From positions 1 through 64,000 of IMG/VR virus record IMGVR_UViG_3300012204_000008: a stretch of DNA of 64,000 nt; one strand, 5' to 3'. This stretch comes from a virus. Shown here in pieces: positions 47,493 through 57,718 of this stretch; within the stretch, counting starts at the first letter, position 1, and every line of letters begins with the position of its first letter. The position numbers and the translations under genes are program-made. A model generated the notes under the pieces. The model had not been told where the DNA came from, searched no databases, and was given only the letters and a program-made list of their open reading frames with translations.

Positions 47493-48188
47493 GTGTTTTG
47501 CTACACTGAAAAAGTGGCAGAACGTAATTACTTTATAGATAAGTATGGAAATGATTCTTGGAAACAAAATGGGCACGGAGAATGGTATTGGGACAACGGT
47601 TATTGGGATAGAGACTACAACAATCCCTTCACCCGTTGTAGGGCTTTCAAAAAAAAGGGTCAAAGTAAAAATAGATGCAAGAAGCTAGCTGGTGCGGGCA
47701 CTGGTCATGACGGATATGGAGTATGCCGTATTCATGGTGGCTCCGATGAGATAGTAGAAAGAGTGTGGAAGATGGCATTTGATATCTCTAAGGAGTTAGA
47801 TATTACTCCTTGGGAGGCACTTCTCCTTGTTGTTAGAAAAACTGCCGGTCGGGCAAACTGGATAGATCATAAGCTAGAAGAGGTTTTACGAGAAACAGAC
47901 GGTAATAATGGTTCTGTAACATTATTCAATTGGATGAAAGAGAGTCGTTATGAAAGAAAGTTAATGATGAGTGCTGCTGTAGCAGCAATACAATCAGGTG
48001 TTGAGGAAAGAATGGTAAGACAAATAGAGATGGAGGGGGAATTAGTTACTGCTGCCGCTATTGCAGCGATAGATGCTCTTGGTCTTACGCCAGATCAAAG
48101 ACTGATTGCATTAGCGGCTGGACTCAATAAATTGAAGTCGATTGAGAGTACGAAACAAGAAAAAACAATCATGGGAGAGCTGGAATAA
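47493..48188 (+). CDS. Terminase small subunit-like (HGG Zn-finger)
   Basis: C...C...AG.GT.H.G.G.C.IHGG, then a helical domain; lies upstream of TerL. Confidence 0.6.
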   Translation: MFCYTEKVAERNYFIDKYGNDSWKQNGHGEWYWDNGYWDRDYNNPFTRCRAFKKKGQSKNRCKKLAGAGTGHDGYGVCRIHGGSDEIVERVWKMAFDISKELDITPWEALLLVVRKTAGRANWIDHKLEEVLRETDGNNGSVTLFNWMKESRYERKLMMSAAVAAIQSGVEERMVRQIEMEGELVTAAAIAAIDALGLTPDQRLIALAAGLNKLKSIESTKQEKTIMGELE

Positions 48189-48665
48189 ATGACTGTCTAT
48201 GAAGTGGAAAATACTATAAAGACGTTGTTGCCTCCTGTAGAGGAGATTAATCAGACTGGAACATGGAGGCTCCCTGTCAAAAACGGTAAAGAGACAGTAG
48301 AATTTTTCGGTAAGTTTCTTGGTATGGCAACAACCCACCAGGAAGAGCATAATGAAAGAGCCCATGAGGATGCTAGTTTCAAATGCTCTGCCTGCAGATG
48401 GTTTGAGCCAAGGATCTTTCTAGACACTGAGGCTGAGCCTAATATGTATATTGTTCATCTTGCCTATATGACTACTGTTCCAGGTGAGATAGAGAAAAGC
48501 AAAATTGAGAAAACTCCTTCGGCGAATGAAGTGATGGAGATTCTAACCTCTAGAAATAGAACAGGGCAGATTTTCCTATCTCAGCCAGCTAGAAGAGTCC
48601 TATCTCAAGCTACTAAGTTTGATCAAGAGATTCTCGATGCCTGGATAAATCGAGCGCTGGCATAA
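48189..48665 (+). CDS. Hypothetical protein
   Basis: CSACRW motif. Confidence 0.6.
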   Translation: MTVYEVENTIKTLLPPVEEINQTGTWRLPVKNGKETVEFFGKFLGMATTHQEEHNERAHEDASFKCSACRWFEPRIFLDTEAEPNMYIVHLAYMTTVPGEIEKSKIEKTPSANEVMEILTSRNRTGQIFLSQPARRVLSQATKFDQEILDAWINRALA

Positions 48666-48860
48666 AGAAGCAATGCAGAGAACCTTAAGAGAAGACTTGT
48701 ATTGTTGGAAGCATCATTTATGGTGGGACCAACATACGCTTAGATGGGAGTGTGATGTAGATATCGCATTTAGATTAGTATTTCAAATGGATGGAGAGAA
48801 TTTTCTGCCAAGGAGATTTTCTGGGCGGCAAATAGTTGACGTGGAAACAGGGGATTATCT

Positions 48861-50408
48861 ATGAATTCTCTAGGCGATATGGAAAAAGAAATCGCTGGTA
48901 AAGCGTCGGCTAGACTGTTGGAAGAATTAACGAAAGCAAGCGGTCAAAGTACAGCACATGCTGGTTCAATTGAGAAAGAAACTTCCTTCTTGATCTCCCT
49001 CATCAAGAAAACTAGCTCAGAAAAAATTGACGAAGAGGAAATCAGTAATGCTATAATTCAAGCAGTCCAAAATAGACCAATCAGTATGCTACCTCATCAG
49101 ATACCACCTAAAGGTGACTGGCTAGGTTGGCTCATGTGCGGTGGGCGCGGCGCGGGCAAAACCCAGGCTCTTTCGCAATATGTTATTGATCATATCAATG
49201 GTCCCGCGTGTCTAACTGGCCCGTCCCCTCACTGGGTAGCAATCATAGCGCCAACATTGGGTGACGCAGCAACTTCAATGTTTTACGGGCCCAGCGGTAT
49301 AAGATCAATGGATCCAACGGCGAAGCTAACCAACGCCGCTGGTGGATTAGTGGTGAAATGGCCTAATGAGAGCCAGGCAAAACTCTTTGGCGCTAGAGAT
49401 CCCGAGGATCAAGAACGTTTACGTTCTGGTGGCAACAGATGTCTTTCGATTCTAGAAGAGCTAGCTGCGTGGAGATACCTTGAGGATTGTTTCAACCACA
49501 TGCGTTTCGGACTGCGTGTCGGTCCCAGACCTCGTTGGATCGGTGCAACAACTCCCAAACCTAGAGACTTAATTAAAAAAATTGTAAAAGGAGAAATGAA
49601 AAATGTCGTAGTCACTAAAGCTACGATGTGGGACAATCCTTATCTACCAGAACACATTATAGAGTCATTTGAAGAAGAGTACGGCAAGGGACAATTAGGT
49701 CGTCAAGAACTTTATGCTGAACTTATTGAGCAAGATGAAAACGCCTTATGGACCCGCTCCGAGATTGATGCCAATCGTGTAGATGAGGCTCCACAACTAC
49801 AACGTATAACAGTTGGAGTCGACCCTTCTGGTGGCCGTGGTGAACAAGGAATTATAGTAGCTGGAAAGAGCATCTCGAGAATTATGGTGAAAGATAGGCC
49901 AAAGATAATAGAAGAAGGTTTCGTATTAGATGATAGAACCTGCCGCCTATCACCGAATGGTTGGGGACGTCGTGCCGTACAAGCTGCTATAGACTGGGAA
50001 GCAGACGATATAGTAGTAGAAACTAACTTCGGTGGGGATATGGCAATGGCTACTATCTCAGGTGCTGCCGAAGATATGGGAATTTTAATACCAGTGCGAA
50101 AAGTAATTGCCTCTAGAGGAAAGCGCCCAAGGGCTGAACCAGTTTCTGCTCTCACCTCTCGCGGCCATTGGCATCATGTCGGCAGATTTGAAACTCTAGA
50201 AGAGCAGATGTGTATTTGGTATCCAGAATTAGATTGGTCACCTGACCGCATGGATGCGATGGTTTGGGACGCATGGCATCTAAAACTAGTTAGACTCACT
50301 GCTCGAGGTAAGGGCCGCTTCCCTGGAAAGGAAATGGGAGAGAAAGTAGATGGGCGAAGCCGAATGGATAATGTAATTGATCTTAATTCTCGTAGGTCGG
50401 TAGGTTAG
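48861..50408 (+). CDS. Terminase large subunit
   Basis: GGRGAGKT, LEELA, ATTP, DNP.L, RQEL.AE, VGVDP, VETNFGG, K..RAEP and SPDRMDA motifs. Confidence 0.93.
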   Translation: MNSLGDMEKEIAGKASARLLEELTKASGQSTAHAGSIEKETSFLISLIKKTSSEKIDEEEISNAIIQAVQNRPISMLPHQIPPKGDWLGWLMCGGRGAGKTQALSQYVIDHINGPACLTGPSPHWVAIIAPTLGDAATSMFYGPSGIRSMDPTAKLTNAAGGLVVKWPNESQAKLFGARDPEDQERLRSGGNRCLSILEELAAWRYLEDCFNHMRFGLRVGPRPRWIGATTPKPRDLIKKIVKGEMKNVVVTKATMWDNPYLPEHIIESFEEEYGKGQLGRQELYAELIEQDENALWTRSEIDANRVDEAPQLQRITVGVDPSGGRGEQGIIVAGKSISRIMVKDRPKIIEEGFVLDDRTCRLSPNGWGRRAVQAAIDWEADDIVVETNFGGDMAMATISGAAEDMGILIPVRKVIASRGKRPRAEPVSALTSRGHWHHVGRFETLEEQMCIWYPELDWSPDRMDAMVWDAWHLKLVRLTARGKGRFPGKEMGEKVDGRSRMDNVIDLNSRRSVG

Positions 50409-50412
50409 AGAA

Positions 50413-50739
50413 ATGAGTGACTGGTTTATACTTCTTCTTATGGTCGGATTTGTCTATAGGGTTACTAGACTTATTACTGTAGATAAATTTCCACCCATTA
50501 AATTCCTACGAGAAAAAATAGCCGGGAAAGAGAACTTACAAGAGTGGGAGAAAGATCCTAAGCTCTCGTGGAGTCCAGAATGGTTAGGAGATTTGGTTTC
50601 CTGCTATTGGTGCGCAAGCGGCTGGGTTTCAATAGGAACAGTTCTGATCACTGATCACTATGGAAATGTTCCAATGCCAGGATTATCACTGTTTGCGATC
50701 TGGGCGGCTGGGGCACTGATGGTAGACAAATTAGGGTAA
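50413..50739 (+). CDS. DUF1360-like membrane protein
   Basis: YR.TRL...D...LR...LV.C.WC..W. Confidence 0.7.
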   Translation: MSDWFILLLMVGFVYRVTRLITVDKFPPIKFLREKIAGKENLQEWEKDPKLSWSPEWLGDLVSCYWCASGWVSIGTVLITDHYGNVPMPGLSLFAIWAAGALMVDKLG

Positions 50740-50746
50740 TAGGAGG

Positions 50747-50971
50747 ATGAAAATGATAGACGAACTAACAGCGGAGGACGTCAATAAAATCTTTGCCATG
50801 ATGGCAGATCTCGAAGAGAAAATAACCTTAGTGCAAGTTGATGAAATGCTAGCTTTCTTTAGCCGAATGCCAAAATTACAAGAGGCTCAACAGGTAGTTG
50901 ATTGTCTTTTGGATTATAGAAAACTTTTAATTGAAGCATCTCGTTTGTGCGAAGATATTAATGACACCTAA
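50747..50971 (+). CDS. Hypothetical protein
   Basis: AGGAGG RBS. Confidence 0.5.
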   Translation: MKMIDELTAEDVNKIFAMMADLEEKITLVQVDEMLAFFSRMPKLQEAQQVVDCLLDYRKLLIEASRLCEDINDT

Positions 50972-51008
50972 CATGGCGTTTGACAACTTCGTCCCTTAGT
51001 ATTACGGC

Positions 51009-52850
51009 ATGGGCCGACTGTGGATGTCTAGAAAGCAGCAGCAGGCTGAAGCTGCGAAACTAGCGTCCAAGATTAAAACTCTTCCCACTCCACGCTCCTC
51101 CCCCTTCTCGCATAATCTTCCGCCTCAGGCGATCTCTGCTGCTGCAACAGCAATGAAAATAAGTAAAGAGAGACTTGTTTTCAACAATGAGAACTGGCAA
51201 GAGCAAGCGTGGCAATATCATCGAACCCTAGGAGAATTTCGCTACGGCGTTGAGTGGTTGTCTGACTCAATCTCTCGCGTTAGGCTTCGGGCTGCAAAAA
51301 TTCATCCGGGGCAGGACGAGCCAGAAATTGTTGACAGCGGTTTAGCCGCCGAGTTAGTCTCTGAACTACGCCACGATGTTGGTGGACGTAGCTCTCTTCT
51401 CAAGAGAATGACTGAACTATGGTCTGTTGTTGGAGAAGGATATCTGATAGGGGAAGAAAAACTCGGCGAGCAAGTTTGGGAGATGCGTTCCAAGGATGAG
51501 ATCAGGCAGCGTTCAGGTCATATAGAAATAATTGATGATGATCACTCCACAGCGGGAAATATTGAGTGGCGTCCGTTATCACCAGAGTCAATGTTTGGGC
51601 GAATTTGGAGCCCAAATGCTCGCTATAAGTATCTAGCTGATTCTCCTGCCCACGCTGCACTACCCGTAATGTACGAGCTAGAGCTGGTCAATCGTAAGAT
51701 TCAGGCCCAGTATCTCAGTCGGTTAGCTTCAGCAGGAATCGTTATCTTCCCAGAGGGCTTAACCTTTCCGGTGCGCGAAGAATTTCAAGACGCACCGGAC
51801 CCTTTTATTAGAGAATGGATTGAAGCGGCTAAGGAAGCAATCAAAGAACCTGGAACAGCAGCTTCTGTTATACCAATCCCAATTAGAGTTCCAGATGAAT
51901 TCGTTGGGAAGATACAGTTCATTGACTTCACATTAATGCTAGACGATAAGATAATTGAGAAGCGCGACTCTATCATTAAAAGGTTAGCGACTGTCTTGGA
52001 CATGCCAGCAGAGGTTCTATTGGGGCTAGGTGGTGTTACCCACTGGAACGCATGGCAGATAGACGAAGGAGGTATTAAACTTCATATTGCTCCTGTGATC
52101 GAGGCTCTTTGCCACGGCCTTACTTCTATCTATCTCGCACCTAGGTTAAAAGCAGCCGGTGAAGACTCACAAAAATGGGTCATGTGGTATGATGCTAGCG
52201 AACTCGTTCTTAGGCCAGACAAAACAACTAATGCCACCAACGCTTATGATAGATTAGAAATCTCTGGTCGGGCTTTACGCCGGGAGACAGGATTTGGGGA
52301 AGATGACAAACCAAACAATGAAGAGCTTCTTGACCAAGTCCTTAAGTTTGTTGCCCGTAACCCTAGAACTGGTGATGCGGTTATTCCGGTCATTCTTAAT
52401 GAGCTTGTTGGAACAAATCTGCCTACGGTACCAGACAGCACAGATCAAAAGGGTGGCGGAGAGCCTGGAGAATTAGAGAAACCAAAGGAAGGAGACTCTG
52501 GTAAAGAATTGCCCCCGTCCAAGGAAAAAACTCCAGAACGTAAAACTACGCCACCTGAGAAAAAAGCGAGGGTAGAGAAAAGAGAGTATTTTCCCGTTCC
52601 GCCAATGACAATGGAAATGGTTAAAGAGCATCTAGTTTCTATAGATCTTGGTAATAAGTGGAGCGTCTTGCATCCTAGCACTTGTGAGAATAAATTCCTT
52701 TGCCCAATTACATGGAGAGTTTATCTCCTCAGAAACATCGCACCTGGAACACATGGAAAATACAAGCTAGATCTTTCTCCAAATAAGGAACTGATCTTTG
52801 GAGAGAGAGTTTTATCAGAAACTTCTCTAACCGCAACTCAAGTTAAGTAG
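51009..52850 (+). CDS. Portal protein
   Basis: WQ.QAW...GE.RY...SR.RL, ADSP, SRL.SAG, RLA..LD.P.E.LLG...HW.AW; located after TerL. Confidence 0.88.
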   Translation: MGRLWMSRKQQQAEAAKLASKIKTLPTPRSSPFSHNLPPQAISAAATAMKISKERLVFNNENWQEQAWQYHRTLGEFRYGVEWLSDSISRVRLRAAKIHPGQDEPEIVDSGLAAELVSELRHDVGGRSSLLKRMTELWSVVGEGYLIGEEKLGEQVWEMRSKDEIRQRSGHIEIIDDDHSTAGNIEWRPLSPESMFGRIWSPNARYKYLADSPAHAALPVMYELELVNRKIQAQYLSRLASAGIVIFPEGLTFPVREEFQDAPDPFIREWIEAAKEAIKEPGTAASVIPIPIRVPDEFVGKIQFIDFTLMLDDKIIEKRDSIIKRLATVLDMPAEVLLGLGGVTHWNAWQIDEGGIKLHIAPVIEALCHGLTSIYLAPRLKAAGEDSQKWVMWYDASELVLRPDKTTNATNAYDRLEISGRALRRETGFGEDDKPNNEELLDQVLKFVARNPRTGDAVIPVILNELVGTNLPTVPDSTDQKGGGEPGELEKPKEGDSGKELPPSKEKTPERKTTPPEKKARVEKREYFPVPPMTMEMVKEHLVSIDLGNKWSVLHPSTCENKFLCPITWRVYLLRNIAPGTHGKYKLDLSPNKELIFGERVLSETSLTATQVK

Positions 52851-52857
52851 GATCAAC

Positions 52858-55644
52858 GTGCCTCATGATGGTGCAATGATAGCGTTAATTCCAACTGAGG
52901 GAGATCTAGAAAACCTCGTCTTAGAAAATTGGGAATCAAAGTCAAAGATTCACTTGACGCTTATTTTTCTTGGGGAAGCAGTTAATTGGAATTCAGAGTC
53001 AAAAGAACAAGTTCTCTCTATAGCGAGACTAGTAGCGCATGGTCATCCCACATTTGAAGGCCGAGGATTCGGAGCAAATTTCTGGAATCCTGATAGCGAG
53101 GAACCATGTTGGGTACTTGGTGTCGGTGGGTATGAGTTAGACTATCTCCGTTCTCATATTTACGGTAGAATGCTTGAACTAGATGAAAACGAAGAAAGAA
53201 TTCCAAATAATCATAGACCTTGGGTTCCACATATTTGTCTTGCCTACACTTCTGAGAATCTTCTTGACCAATTAGTTTCTAAAGTTGGTCCTATAACTTT
53301 TGATCGAATTAGAGTTGCATTCGGCGAAGAAGTCACAGATATTGCCTTGAGCGGCCCTGACAGTGTTACTGTTGCCTCGGCGGACAGACCAGTGGATGGC
53401 CAAGGAGGCACTGTGCCTTGGAAAGTTGAGAAAACCAGCGAGTGCCCAGATTCCAAACCTTGGGGCGTTGTTAATACCGAGACAGGCGATGTCGGTGGCC
53501 GATGCCATGAGTCTAAAGAGTCTGCCAGGCAGCAGCAGAAAGCACTATATGTTCACGCCGATGAAAAAGATTCTGGCGAGACTGTGGGCTTAGAGATAGA
53601 GAACGAAGAGTCCCACTTTGAGAATGCGCCGCAAGCTCTTTCCCCTGTAGAACTTCAGAAGGTTATGCTTGGCTGGAACGGTCCTGCCGCTATGTCTAAG
53701 TGTGCCAACTCTGATAGTCCAGCCTCATGCTATCGCTCAATTTGCGCTGGCCGCCGCGCTGGAGATCCAAGTAAGCAATCTACTTGGGCACTTCCTCATC
53801 ACGCTACTTCAGGCGGCCCGCCAGACGAAGGCGGAGTTAGAAACGCACTAAGCCGTCTACCGCAGACGCAAGGGCTAAGTAATGCCTCGGCTGCCAAAAG
53901 TCACTTGGAGAAGCACATGCGATCCATTAACCCAGACTATGAGGCAGAGGCAGAAGTGGTTTCTCTTCAGAAAGAAGATCAAGGTTGCCCTCCCGGCCAA
54001 CACGAAATGGACGGCAAGTGCATGCCAGATGAAGAAATGGCGATCTCTCAGTCTGGAGCATGGAAGGGACCGCTAGTAGTAGAAGGTATTACTACGGGAG
54101 ACGGTCGAGAATTCGCTCCAGGCGCACTTGACTGGCCAGACCCGTCTGAGACCCTTATTCCTTTAAGGTGGAATAAGGAGGACTCTCATGGTGGAGAAGT
54201 CAGAACAGTAGCAGTAAACGTTGGGCGCATTGATAAAATCTGGCGCGAAGACGACCGGATTATGGGTCAGGGTGTATTCGACCTTGGTCAGCCAGACGGT
54301 GCAGAAGCATTTCGCAGAGTACAAGAGAGATTCCTCCGTGGTATTTCTGTTGATGCAGATGACATCTCTAATGCAGATGTAGAATACGTCTGGCCTGAAA
54401 ATAACAGCGAGGGGGAGGAAGAAGACTCAGACCTTGACATCATGTCCCTTCTTTTCGGGCAGCCAGAGAAGATCGTCTTCCACAAAGGCAGAATTCGCGG
54501 TGCCACACTTTGCGACATACCAGCTTTTGTGGACGCATACATTGAAATCGCAGATGAGGTTGAAGAGCTCATCGCCTCAATTAATGCAGAAGAGGCCGAG
54601 CACTGGAATGTAGACACCAGGAATCTGGCATGGGACCTCAACTTAAACGAGAAGAGGCTTCCTACAAAATTAGAAATTCGCGCTGCTCGGCATATGTATG
54701 CCTATGTTGATCAGAGCGCTGTTGAAGATGGCAAGATTCCGCGTTCTTCCTGTCGTCTACCGCATCACAACGTAGAAAAAGACGGAACAATTAGTGGCGC
54801 AAATATTGATGGAAGCAAGCTTGCTATTGAATCTATAAACAGGCTTCGCGGTGGAGCCAATATGAGCAATAGCGACCGTAGAAAGGCTTATGATCACCTT
54901 GCTAAGCACATGCGAGTTGGCGGTAAGGAACCGCCAGAGTTTGAAATCGACAAGAGCCTTGTTGCTTCAGTCGGAAACGAATGGAAACCATCTAGGGAAT
55001 GGTTTGAGGATCCTAGGCTCAACGTTTTGGTTCCAATCATGGTTACCGATGCCGGTAGGGTCTACGGACACGCCGCACAGTGGGGCCAGTGTCATTTAAG
55101 TTATCAAGACACTTGTATCATCGCCCCAAGAGAAGATGGGTTCCCGTACTTCCTAACAGGTGAACTTACATGTTCAGATGGCAGCTTGGTTGCGGTAGGG
55201 CAGATCACCGTAGACACCGGCCATCCACCGCTCTATGTAGGACCGCACGTCGCAATGGAGCATTACGACAATACTGGAGCAGTTGTAGCCGATGTAGTTG
55301 TGGGAAATGATAGACATGGAATTTGGGTGGCTGGTGCAATTAGACCAGACGCAGAGGTTAGTCGAGTTCATAAACTACGTGCCTCTGGTCAAGTTTCTCC
55401 AGACTGGCGGCGCATAGGTGGGCAATTGCGTATGATAGCGTTACTAACAGTAAATGGTTCTGGCTACCAAGTGCCAAAGATGAGGGCTAGAGTAGCTAGC
55501 GGCCATGTGCAGTCGTTGGTAGCTGCTGGTAGGGTTACTAGTGTTTCACGTGGCCTAAGCGAGGACGAACTTTCGCAGAAAGCACTGAGAGTCTTGGCTA
55601 ATAGAATCGCTAAGCGTGTAGGACTTGACAAGGAGAAATCATGA
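52858..55644 (+). CDS. 2H-phosphoesterase fused to a capsid maturation protease
   Basis: N-terminal HLTL...PHIC 2H motifs; VEG..TGDGR.F, VGRID, GISVD, GATLCDIPAF, GRVYGH and SPDWR motifs. Confidence 0.8.
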   Translation: MPHDGAMIALIPTEGDLENLVLENWESKSKIHLTLIFLGEAVNWNSESKEQVLSIARLVAHGHPTFEGRGFGANFWNPDSEEPCWVLGVGGYELDYLRSHIYGRMLELDENEERIPNNHRPWVPHICLAYTSENLLDQLVSKVGPITFDRIRVAFGEEVTDIALSGPDSVTVASADRPVDGQGGTVPWKVEKTSECPDSKPWGVVNTETGDVGGRCHESKESARQQQKALYVHADEKDSGETVGLEIENEESHFENAPQALSPVELQKVMLGWNGPAAMSKCANSDSPASCYRSICAGRRAGDPSKQSTWALPHHATSGGPPDEGGVRNALSRLPQTQGLSNASAAKSHLEKHMRSINPDYEAEAEVVSLQKEDQGCPPGQHEMDGKCMPDEEMAISQSGAWKGPLVVEGITTGDGREFAPGALDWPDPSETLIPLRWNKEDSHGGEVRTVAVNVGRIDKIWREDDRIMGQGVFDLGQPDGAEAFRRVQERFLRGISVDADDISNADVEYVWPENNSEGEEEDSDLDIMSLLFGQPEKIVFHKGRIRGATLCDIPAFVDAYIEIADEVEELIASINAEEAEHWNVDTRNLAWDLNLNEKRLPTKLEIRAARHMYAYVDQSAVEDGKIPRSSCRLPHHNVEKDGTISGANIDGSKLAIESINRLRGGANMSNSDRRKAYDHLAKHMRVGGKEPPEFEIDKSLVASVGNEWKPSREWFEDPRLNVLVPIMVTDAGRVYGHAAQWGQCHLSYQDTCIIAPREDGFPYFLTGELTCSDGSLVAVGQITVDTGHPPLYVGPHVAMEHYDNTGAVVADVVVGNDRHGIWVAGAIRPDAEVSRVHKLRASGQVSPDWRRIGGQLRMIALLTVNGSGYQVPKMRARVASGHVQSLVAAGRVTSVSRGLSEDELSQKALRVLANRIAKRVGLDKEKS

Positions 55645-55751
55645 TTCGTGACAGAAATTATTTTGTCGCCGGATGCGGATGTCGAGGTAGCGGTAGTAGC
55701 GCTCCGCCGCCTCCGCCTCCACCTCCCGTTGGTGGAAGTGGTGGAACGTAA
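55641..55751 (+). CDS. Small CGC/poly-Pro peptide (36 aa)
   Basis: AAGGAG RBS and ATGA overlap; MIRDRNYFVAGCGCRGSGSSAPPPPPPPPVGGSGGT. Confidence 0.5.
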   Translation: MIRDRNYFVAGCGCRGSGSSAPPPPPPPPVGGSGGT

Positions 55752-55803
55752 ATAGCGGATAAACAAACTCCGCGTTAGTTCTTTGCAGAGTTAGCTTTTG
55801 TTG

Positions 55804-55910
55804 TATAGTACAAACTGAAGGCATCGGTCTAAGCCTTCAAATGCCGTGATGGCAGGTCTACTCTAAGAGTAGCAATCAATTTGCCGTGCGGTATTTGGGA
55901 GGAGACCAAC
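55804..55910 (+). promoter_or_regulatory. Promoter (-10 TATAGT) and structured capsid mRNA leader
   Basis: Hairpin TGAAGGC/GCCTTCA; long stem 55838-55897 abutting the GGAGG RBS. Confidence 0.5.
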
Positions 55911-57665
55911 ATGCCTGATGAGCTGGTCACAGTTCCGCAGGATCTTACGCTGGTCAGTGACGAAGATCTCGCCCAGCTCGAGGCTAAGGTCACTGCCGAG
56001 TTTACAAGGATTAACGAAGGGGACGTTTCCCCTGAGAGCTTGGAGTATATGCTCCAGCTCGCAGAAGACCTAGACCGCATTCGCTCTGAGAATTCGGCTA
56101 GAGACCAGCGGCGTACTGAGGCCGCTAAGCTCGCCGATCTCAAGATGCACGAGCAGAAAAAGGCTCTTGAGGCTAGGGTCAAAGGCGTCTCTGCTGATCC
56201 GGTTACTAGGGACGAATCTGAAGTCTCTAAGGAATACGCCGGAGCTATCGCCAAGGCCGCCGCTGAGGGTGCTACCGCTGCGCTTGTGGCTGCGCTTGGT
56301 GACGACAAACGCGGTGGCCGTGACTTCTCTGCCATTAGTGAAAAAGCAACGAAGTCTCTTTCCGCGGCTCGCCGGCACGCGCCTTCTGTCAATCTTCCGA
56401 AGGCCAAGCTTCAGGTTCAGGCCGGAGTTGACATTCCCGGTATTGCTCGCGGTGGCGAGCTCAGTACTCTTGAGTCCGTTACGGACGCCTTTCACCGTCG
56501 GGCAAAGGGTATGCCGGACAGCCGTGGACAGCTTCGTGAGGAACTGGTTTGTACGATCAAGAACCAGTTTGAGCACACAGTAGATGACCGCACTTCGCCT
56601 GCTCAGGTTGAAGAGCTTTTCAGTTTCTTGCGTTCACGTGACAAGCAGGAAGCTCTCGTCGCTGGTGGTGGTTGGTGTGCGCCTTCAGAAATTCGTTATG
56701 ACTTCTTTAATGTCGCTTGTGAGTCTGGTCTTATTGACCTTCCCACCTTCGGTGTGAGCCGTGGTGGTATTCGTTATCCGGTTAGCCCTAGCATTGCAGA
56801 TGCCTTCGGCTCCAACGCTCTCGCTCCATTCAACGTTTCATTTACCAACACTTCAGTTCCGTGGCTTTGGACAGAAGCTGATGACATTCTGACTATCACC
56901 GGTACTACCAACAAGCCAACGATGCGAGTGCCGTGCCCGACGTTCTCTGAGAACCGGTTGGAATGCTACGGCGTCACGCTCACTGCCGGTAACCTCACGG
57001 ACGACGCCTATCCTGAGGCTACTCAGAACACGCTGCGTTTGCTGATGTCAGCCCACGCACACGCCATGAATGCCCGTATCATTTCTTTGATGGTCACTAA
57101 TAGCACGGCAGCAATCACTGGTATCTCCGGTACGAACCCTGTCTACCAGCAGGTTCTTGACGGTGTGGACATGGCCGCTACTGACTACCGCGCTCGTTAT
57201 GCCATGTGTGACGATGATGTTCTTGAGCTCGTCGTTCCTTATTGGCTCAAGGCCGTTATCCGTGCGGACCTTGCCTGGCGTGCTGGCACTGCAGACCTTC
57301 TCTCTGTCAGTGACGCTCAGATTGTTGGATACTTCGCTGACAGAAACGTTCGTCCGCAGTTTATCAATGACTGGCAGGTTAGAGGTTCTGGCCAGTTCGG
57401 TGGTACTACTGCGGTGGTTGCGTGGCCTACGAGCGTTAACGTCATGCTCTATGCCGCTGGTACCTTCCTGCTTGGTAATGGCCTCAGCCTTGACCTTGGT
57501 GTTATCCGTGACTCAGTGCTAAACGCAGAGAACGACTTTACAGCCGCCTGGTCTGAGGAATGCCATCTCCTCGCGAGGGTTGGTCACGAGTCTCGTCTCT
57601 ACACCATTGGCTTCAACGTTAAGGGTGCGACTTCTGCCACTCTTACTGACAACGCAAAGGTCTAA
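55911..57665 (+). CDS. Major capsid protein with N-terminal scaffold-like region
   Basis: GGAGG RBS; helical N-terminus, then LVAGGGWCAPSE..YD, RGGI and LDLGVIRDS.LN..ND motifs. Confidence 0.9.
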   Translation: MPDELVTVPQDLTLVSDEDLAQLEAKVTAEFTRINEGDVSPESLEYMLQLAEDLDRIRSENSARDQRRTEAAKLADLKMHEQKKALEARVKGVSADPVTRDESEVSKEYAGAIAKAAAEGATAALVAALGDDKRGGRDFSAISEKATKSLSAARRHAPSVNLPKAKLQVQAGVDIPGIARGGELSTLESVTDAFHRRAKGMPDSRGQLREELVCTIKNQFEHTVDDRTSPAQVEELFSFLRSRDKQEALVAGGGWCAPSEIRYDFFNVACESGLIDLPTFGVSRGGIRYPVSPSIADAFGSNALAPFNVSFTNTSVPWLWTEADDILTITGTTNKPTMRVPCPTFSENRLECYGVTLTAGNLTDDAYPEATQNTLRLLMSAHAHAMNARIISLMVTNSTAAITGISGTNPVYQQVLDGVDMAATDYRARYAMCDDDVLELVVPYWLKAVIRADLAWRAGTADLLSVSDAQIVGYFADRNVRPQFINDWQVRGSGQFGGTTAVVAWPTSVNVMLYAAGTFLLGNGLSLDLGVIRDSVLNAENDFTAAWSEECHLLARVGHESRLYTIGFNVKGATSATLTDNAKV

Positions 57666-57718
57666 TTAGTCTCAATCGGGGTGGTAACTGTAATAGTCGG
57701 AAGGGAGTGTGAAGGTCG

